DNA of 64,000 bases, from contig JANJTB010000002.1 of NCBI GenBank assembly GCA_024711295.1, positions 145,804 through 209,803 of the forward strand, in the 5' to 3' direction. A program made the translations under genes and the position numbers. The notes beneath the pieces are model-generated. The model saw nothing but the letters and a program-made list of their open reading frames with translations, made no database searches and had not been told where the DNA came from. The first letter of the stretch is position 1. Each line of letters starts with the position of its first letter. Shown one piece after another: positions 58,741-64,000 of the stretch. The DNA comes from a bacterium. Lineage in GTDB: Bacteria; Bacteroidota; Ignavibacteria; Kapaibacteriales; UBA2268.

Positions 58741-58931
58741 AGTTCAATTATAACACTCTTAACTTAGATTATGACAATATTTTTATACTACTCAATTTTT
58801 TTAAATAAAAAATTGTTATCATGAAATATCTAAGAGATAATAATTGTTGCACATATAAATAATTTTCATTATTTTGAATTTTAAAATATTATTATTCCCA
58901 AAACCATTTTTTACTTTGGTAAATACTTAAT

Positions 58932-59600
58932 ATGGATGAAGTACCTTTACTATGTTTGGTAATTGAAGACCAGCAGATGGTTGCGAATCTTTTCAAAAAG
59001 TATCTCGACCAGCTAAAAGTATTTAAAAAAGTTGACCTTGCCTATAACAGTGATTCAGCATTAGATTATGTTTTGAATTTTGACTATGAAATAACTTTTA
59101 TAGATATTTTTTTAGCTGACTATAATGGTATAGATTTAGCTAACAAAATTCTCTCTATCAAGCCAAAAAGCAAAATCATATTTTGCTCAGGAATTCAAAG
59201 CAGTAAAATAATCAACGCTTGCCTTAAGATTGGTGCCAGAGGTTATATCAGCAAGGGAGCAGATGTAAGTGAAATACAGGAAGCTGTATTTAAGGTACTG
59301 AGCGGCTCACAGTTCATTTGCCAAAAATCACTTCAAATATTGATTTCAGATAAAGAATCCAATTCACTTGAATACAGACTTTCATCTAATGATGTTAACC
59401 TAACTGAGCGAGAGCAAGAAGTCCTTGATCTGTTGATGAATGAATATTCTGTCCCTGAAATTGCCAACGCACTTTTCATTAGCTCCAGAACCGTTGAAAC
59501 ACATAAAAAACACATTCTTGAAAAGTATGGTGTTAAAACTATGGTTGGGTTGATGAAGAAAATCTCTACGAATAAGAATAAATCCCACATACTGAATTAA
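58932..59600 (+). CDS. LuxR/NarL-family response regulator (REC domain plus HTH), orphan
   Basis: The REC domain has the phospho-acceptor Asp in 'FIDIFLAD' and Lys in 'YISKG'. The C-terminal 'LTEREQEVLDLL...ISSRTVETHKKHILEKYG' is a LuxR helix-turn-helix. Confidence 0.75.
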   Translation: MDEVPLLCLVIEDQQMVANLFKKYLDQLKVFKKVDLAYNSDSALDYVLNFDYEITFIDIFLADYNGIDLANKILSIKPKSKIIFCSGIQSSKIINACLKIGARGYISKGADVSEIQEAVFKVLSGSQFICQKSLQILISDKESNSLEYRLSSNDVNLTEREQEVLDLLMNEYSVPEIANALFISSRTVETHKKHILEKYGVKTMVGLMKKISTNKNKSHILN

Positions 59601-59633
59601 TCTGCTGAATTTACCCAATACAATTTGTGACTA

Positions 59634-59665
59634 ATATCCGTAAATTTGCGGATATATATCCGTAA
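59634..59665. promoter_or_regulatory. Dyad operator-like element ATATCCG-N8-CGGATAT followed by a third direct ATATCCGTAA copy
   Basis: Read directly. It lies 30 bp after the stop of the response-regulator gene and upstream of the lipoprotein gene. Confidence 0.4.
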
Positions 59666-59726
59666 TTCCACTTATTTATATCTTATCAGTAATTCATGGT
59701 ATTGTGTAATCACTGTGTTTATCATA

Positions 59727-59776
59727 CTTTTGCATATTGATATTATGGTGCAATTAATATCAATCAATATGCAAAA
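59727..59776. promoter_or_regulatory. Inverted repeat TTTTGCATATTGATAT-N14-ATATCAATCAATATGCAAAA
   Basis: Read directly. The TTTTGCAT motif recurs at 59842. Confidence 0.4.
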
Positions 59777-59899
59777 TCCCATTATACAATTTGTGAAAAA
59801 TCAGTATATTTACTTAATTTATTTTGCTCAACTAAACCTACTTTTGCATTGTACTAAATTACCGAAAATTAATTTTTCAATTATCATACAGGGTGTATT

Positions 59900-60922
59900 A
59901 TGAAGAACATAGTTCAAAAAATCTCAATATTAGCAATTTTTATTGCTATTCTCATCGGCTGTAGTGAAAACAGCAATGTAACTTCACCAAGCAGCAAAGG
60001 TTTATCACAAGAATACGGCAATGATACAAAATATGTAGTATCATTAGTTCAGGACCCATATCAGGATACTGATGGTAACTGGGTTTGGGAATGGCAGGTT
60101 GTAAATACTGCTCCTGGAAATGGACTAAATGGAACACAACAAGCTTTAAGCCACCTTGATTTGATTTTTGGACTCGAAGAATGTGCAGGAAATTGGTCAA
60201 ATGTAGTTTCAGCAGGTGTAAAAAATTATGGAGCAACAGCTTGGACAGATTTTACTCCTACTTATCAGGAAGATATGTCATTGCGTAATAGCGGTGATTG
60301 TTACAGAGACCCTGTTCTTAAATTTTCAGTAACAACCAATGGCTCAAATGCATCATATTTCAGATTAGTTCTTAATGACGAATTTGAAGTAGATGAAACT
60401 TCTGGTGGTTTAATTATGAAATATGCTAACAAATGCTCAATAATATCTTTCCCTGGTATCGGTTGCCCTCCTGAAGATTTTGGTATTGAAGAAATTTGTT
60501 ATTATAATTCTTCTGAGACAGCATGGAGTGCAGGCACAAGATTTAATACTAAGGGAAATTGGGCAACTTATAGCACTTACACAGGTGGAACAAAAACTTA
60601 TGATTTGTATGCGGGACAAAGCATACTTGTAGGTAGTGTAACAGTTGAGCCGGCTATAGGCGGTGTTAATGTAACATACAGTCTAAATGGTACATGGGGA
60701 TTAAGCGAATATCATTTACATTTAGCAACTTCAGTATCTGGAATCCCACAGGCTAATAATAAGAATCCTATACCAGGTCAGTTTAAGTACAAGGGATCAT
60801 ATGAATTAGATCCAGATGACATTGACTCCACTTATCCGAATACAGTTACTGTATTTGTGCCTTGGTCTGGAAGCGCAATTGTTGCTGCCCATGCAGTTGT
60901 ACAAGAAAGAATTTGTGAATAA
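59900..60922 (+). CDS. Hypothetical secreted lipoprotein
   Basis: 'ILIGCSEN' is a lipobox. It is flanked by the two response-regulator genes. Confidence 0.45.
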   Translation: MKNIVQKISILAIFIAILIGCSENSNVTSPSSKGLSQEYGNDTKYVVSLVQDPYQDTDGNWVWEWQVVNTAPGNGLNGTQQALSHLDLIFGLEECAGNWSNVVSAGVKNYGATAWTDFTPTYQEDMSLRNSGDCYRDPVLKFSVTTNGSNASYFRLVLNDEFEVDETSGGLIMKYANKCSIISFPGIGCPPEDFGIEEICYYNSSETAWSAGTRFNTKGNWATYSTYTGGTKTYDLYAGQSILVGSVTVEPAIGGVNVTYSLNGTWGLSEYHLHLATSVSGIPQANNKNPIPGQFKYKGSYELDPDDIDSTYPNTVTVFVPWSGSAIVAAHAVVQERICE

Positions 60923-60953
60923 TCTATTGTTCAGATAAAAAATGATACAAAAA

Positions 60954-60982
60954 GGCTGCTATTCAATAGCAGCCTTTTTTTT
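60954..60982. terminator. Bidirectional terminator (GGCTGCTATT-c-AATAGCAGCC followed by T8)
   Basis: Read directly. It overlaps the stop codon of the minus-strand response-regulator gene. Confidence 0.65.
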
Positions 60983-61715
60983 AACCTACGTTTTTCATCA
61001 TCAGATCTCTAGCCAGCTTTCGCATCTGAGTTAGGTTTTCGAGACCTAGCTTTGCGTAAATATTCTTACGGTGTGTACTTACAGTAAATATACTTATCTT
61101 CAATTTGTCGGCAATTTCTTTTGTTGAACTATTGTTGGCAATCATCTCCATAATCTCTATCTCCCTGTCTGTAAGGAGCTCTTCAATCTTTGTCAGGTTT
61201 TTGCTACCGATTGAATTTATATCTTGAGAAGTGAAATACGAAAGTTTATTTGCGGAACTACTGCTATCGTCTAATTTTAAAATGGCAAACTCATGCAAAT
61301 CATCATAAAGAACATTAATAACTCTCTGATGGAAATATTTATTTCCTTTGATAACTGTTTTTATTGAGTCAATCAACACATCTTTTGTTACGTCCTTGAA
61401 CTGATAACCATCAGCACCATAAGCAAGTGCTTTATACACGGTTTCCTTATCGTCGCTAATAGATAGGAAAATCAATTTTGTGTTTGGGAAATCATTCTTA
61501 ATTATTCTAAGAGCATCAAATCCGTCTTTCTCTGGCATGACAATATCGCATAATACAATATCAATGTCGTGGTTCTCGAGTACATCAATTGCCTCATCAA
61601 CTGAGAACGCAGTAAAAATCTCACAACCGGGTGAACAATCTGTCAGAATTGCCTTTGTACCCAGTGCCGAAAGTTGAAAATCGTCAATAATTAAAAGTTT
61701 TATATTATCTTTCAT
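60981..61715 (-). CDS. LuxR/NarL-family response regulator, orphan
   Basis: 'LLIIDDFQL...DIVLCDIVMP' is the REC domain. The C-terminal 'LTDREIEIMEMIANNSSTKEIADKLKISIFTVSTHRKNIYAKLG' is a LuxR helix-turn-helix. Confidence 0.8.
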   Translation of the reverse strand: MKDNIKLLIIDDFQLSALGTKAILTDCSPGCEIFTAFSVDEAIDVLENHDIDIVLCDIVMPEKDGFDALRIIKNDFPNTKLIFLSISDDKETVYKALAYGADGYQFKDVTKDVLIDSIKTVIKGNKYFHQRVINVLYDDLHEFAILKLDDSSSSANKLSYFTSQDINSIGSKNLTKIEELLTDREIEIMEMIANNSSTKEIADKLKISIFTVSTHRKNIYAKLGLENLTQMRKLARDLMMKNVG

Positions 61716-61963
61716 TTCTAAATTTCCTATTTACGTATTATTTATTAATTCAAAAATAAGAAATATTTTTCAATTCACTACCTAATATTTATTTAAAAGT
61801 AGCTAATTAAATAAAATAATTACTTTTTTTTAATTTTAATTATTTTTTTCTTGCATATATAAAATTAATTACTTACTTTTGATTTGTGATTAGTTACTTA
61901 ATTATAATTTTTAAGTATTTAATTGGAATTTTTAACTAACTATAAATAGATTTGAGGTATATT

Positions 61964-63130
61964 ATGAAAAATTTGGTAATCATTTTCGCTGCTCTTTTAG
62001 GAGTAGCATTCATATTTACATCTTGCGAGCAATCAATAAATGCTCCTCTAACATCAACAAATGATTTAACAAAATCATATATAGTGTTATACGAAGATTC
62101 AGGTGATAAACTCCAAAGCATCAATTTTGATTCTAAACTTTCAGAAATATTATCAGTTCATAAAATTGACAGAAGCAGTGTAACATATATATACGACCAT
62201 ATTTTTACAGGTTTTGCAGCAAATTTGAGCGAAGCTCAGGTAAGCTCACTAAAATCAGATAAGAGAATTATTGAAATAGAAGAAGACCAAATATTTAACA
62301 TTCAGGATTTAACAAATGAAGATGAAAATAATCCTGATACACAAGCACAATCAACACCATGGGGTATAACTGCAGTTGGTGGCTCAATAGATGCAACAAG
62401 CAGCACAGGTATTGCATGGGTTGTTGATACAGGTATTGACCTGACACACTCTGACCTAAATGTAAATACAACACTTAGCAAAACATTTGTAACTTCAGGT
62501 CAGGACGCTTTATCTGCTAATGATTTGCACAGTCATGGTTCGCATGTAGCCGGTACAATCGCTGCCAAGAACAACACATCAGGTGTTGTAGGTGTATGCG
62601 CAGGCGCTGAATTAGTTGCAATCAAGGTTTTTGACTATACTGGAAAAGGGTCAAGTTCGACAATAATTGCAGGACTTAATTATATTTCAGCTAATCTTGT
62701 TAGCGGTAGAATTAATGTTGTTAACATGAGTTTGGGAGGCTCGGCATCAACGACATTGGATAATGCAGTAAAAGCATTAGCTGCAAAGGGTGTTTATATG
62801 GTGGTTGCAGCAGGCAACTCAGCAAAAAGCGCTACATTGTATTCACCTGCAAGAGTTGAAGCAACAAATGTATTTACAATATCAGCACACGATTCGAAAG
62901 GTGCGTTCGCAACATTTTCTAACTTTAATAATCCACCAGTTGATTTTGCAGCTCCAGGTGTAAGTATATACTCTACTTCAAAATCAGGCGGATATGCAAC
63001 AAAATCAGGAACTTCGATGGCAACTCCACATGTAGCTGGTATTATACTTGCAAATAACGGAACTGTAAACTGGTCAGGTAACGTTACAAAAGATAAAGAT
63101 TCAACACCTGACAAGAAAGCCAGAAGATAA
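61964..63130 (+). CDS. Secreted subtilisin-like serine protease (S8) with an N-terminal I9 inhibitor propeptide
   Basis: Lipobox 'FTSC'. Catalytic triad: 'VVDTGID', 'HGSHVAGTIAA', 'GTSMATPHVAG'. A GAGGT Shine-Dalgarno sequence precedes the ATG at 61964. Confidence 0.8.
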   Translation: MKNLVIIFAALLGVAFIFTSCEQSINAPLTSTNDLTKSYIVLYEDSGDKLQSINFDSKLSEILSVHKIDRSSVTYIYDHIFTGFAANLSEAQVSSLKSDKRIIEIEEDQIFNIQDLTNEDENNPDTQAQSTPWGITAVGGSIDATSSTGIAWVVDTGIDLTHSDLNVNTTLSKTFVTSGQDALSANDLHSHGSHVAGTIAAKNNTSGVVGVCAGAELVAIKVFDYTGKGSSSTIIAGLNYISANLVSGRINVVNMSLGGSASTTLDNAVKALAAKGVYMVVAAGNSAKSATLYSPARVEATNVFTISAHDSKGAFATFSNFNNPPVDFAAPGVSIYSTSKSGGYATKSGTSMATPHVAGIILANNGTVNWSGNVTKDKDSTPDKKARR

Positions 63131-63242
63131 AAATTTCACAGAACAAAACAAGTACATAATTCCACTATTCTAATATGAATTGTGGAATTATGTTTTTTTA
63201 AATAAGAATCAAAAATTAGGTATAAGATTAGGTACAAACGCA

Positions 63243-63268
63243 AAAAAGCCCACCGAAGTGGGCTTTTT
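63243..63268. terminator. Bidirectional terminator (AAAAAGCCCAC-cgaa-GTGGGCTTTTT)
   Basis: Read directly. It serves both the protease gene (+) and tRNA-Thr (-). Confidence 0.75.
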
Positions 63269-63274
63269 CTATTG

Positions 63275-63347
63275 AGCCGGATGACGGACTTGAACCCCCG
63301 ACCTGCTGATTACAAGTCAGCTGCTCTACCAGCTGAGCTAATCCGGC
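63275..63347 (-). tRNA. tRNA-Thr (anticodon TGT)
   Basis: The reverse complement GCCGGATTAGCTCAGCTGGTAGAGC...GGTTCAAGTCCGTCATCCGGCT folds as a cloverleaf with anticodon loop CTTGTAA. Confidence 0.85.
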
Positions 63348-63402
63348 GTCAAATGAGATTACAAAAGTAATACATTTTTCGAAACTGTGCAAGAAAAAAA
63401 TA

Positions 63403-64000
63403 TTAAGAGTTAAAAAATTCCGGAAAAATAATTTCCTCTATCATTTCACACCAAATATGGCCAATCATGATGTGTGATTCCTGAACTCTTGCAGTAACTT
63501 TGCTTGGAACAACAACAGAAAAATCAGCCATAGGCAACATTTTACCGCCTCCAGCACCGAGAAGTGCAATATTTTTTAAGCCAAGATTACTTGCAATCTC
63601 CATAGCATTAATTACATTTTGTGAATTTCCGCTTGTCGAAATACCCACTAAAACGTCACCGGGCTTACCGTATGCCTCAACAGCTCTGGCAAAAACATTT
63701 TCGAATCCGATATCATTCCCACCAGCAGTCATGATTGAGGGGTCAACGGTAAGTGCTATTGCAGCAATAGCAGGTCTGTTGACACTGCTGCGTAATCGAA
63801 TAACCAATTCTGCAGCCAGATGTTGAGCATCAGCAGCACTTCCTCCGTTACCGCAGAAGAGAATTTTTCCACCATTTTTCACTGCTTCGGCTAACGCTAT
63901 TCCACATTTTTCAATCTCATTGCTGCATTTTTCTAAAAGATCTCTTTTTACATCAATTGATTCGTTTATAACTTGTTGAATTTTAAGATAATTATTGTTC
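63403..64000 (-). CDS. gmhA: SIS-domain phosphoheptose isomerase (GmhA/DiaA family), 5'-partial at the window edge
   Basis: 'GGKILFCGNGGSAADAQHLAAE' and 'GISTSGNSQNV' are present. The frame is open upstream of the listed GTG and reads ...LKIQQVINESIDVKRDLL..., matching the GmhA N-terminus through to the window end. Confidence 0.65.
   Translation of the reverse strand, partial: NNNYLKIQQVINESIDVKRDLLEKCSNEIEKCGIALAEAVKNGGKILFCGNGGSAADAQHLAAELVIRLRSSVNRPAIAAIALTVDPSIMTAGGNDIGFENVFARAVEAYGKPGDVLVGISTSGNSQNVINAMEIASNLGLKNIALLGAGGGKMLPMADFSVVVPSKVTARVQESHIMIGHIWCEMIEEIIFPEFFNS

Noticed and set aside
59646-59903. 85-aa hydrophobic ORF in the intergenic region between the response regulator and the lipoprotein gene
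   Set aside because: It lies entirely in an AT-rich regulatory region full of inverted repeats. It has no Shine-Dalgarno sequence, and its composition is typical of spurious ORFs in AT-rich DNA.
1-64000. Looked for CRISPR arrays, rRNA, integrases, transposases and IS inverted repeats, particularly next to the three tRNA genes
   Set aside because: I found no spaced direct repeats, no rRNA-like segments and no recombinase-like ORFs. The tRNA flanks carry terminators and ordinary genes.

Overview
This is a chromosomal segment of about 64 kb from an AT-rich bacterium (roughly one-third GC). Many genes have Shine-Dalgarno-like sequences. At least six predicted secreted proteins end in type IX secretion (T9SS) C-terminal sorting domains. 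That points to the Fibrobacteres-Chlorobi-Bacteroidetes group (Bacteroidota/Ignavibacteriota-like), but the phylum assignment is inference only.

The conserved housekeeping backbone is well supported:
- recN
- a PFK-family kinase
- dCMP deaminase
- a SulP anion permease with a beta-carbonic anhydrase
- def with a MacB/LolD-like ABC exporter
- pstSCAB-phoU
- scpAB
- ribD
- uppS-bamA-skp
- agmatinase
- gmhA
- tRNA-His, tRNA-Ser and tRNA-Thr

Between these lie surface and secretion genes:
- a CAP/SCP-FN3 protein with a T9SS tail
- a TonB-dependent receptor
- a 1501-aa Gly-rich T9SS cargo followed by an OmpA-family barrel protein
- a secreted subtilisin
- two orphan LuxR-type response regulators

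I saw no CRISPR array, no rRNA and no transposase or integrase.

The strongest candidate for a new system is at 6.1-12.6 kb. Three tandem paralogous small secreted pilin-like proteins, closed off by an intrinsic terminator, are followed by a small secreted protein, a PapD-like periplasmic chaperone candidate and a 1059-aa usher-like outer-membrane protein. This last protein carries a carboxypeptidase-regulatory-like beta-sandwich fused to a C-terminal OmpA peptidoglycan-binding domain. A 460-bp leader rich in CCGTAA/ACGTAAAA repeats precedes the locus. I read this as a chaperone-usher-like fibre locus with an atypical usher.

Secondary oddities:
- crtZ and a small T9SS-tail-only protein appear translationally linked to the pst operon, with a fused lycopene-cyclase-domain gene divergent from them.
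- PstC and PstA are greatly enlarged.
- The peptide deformylase carries a signal-peptide-like N-terminal extension.
- A Cys-rich protein built from 39-nt tandem repeats sits downstream of SulP-CA.
- Dyad ATATCCG motifs lie between the two LuxR regulators.
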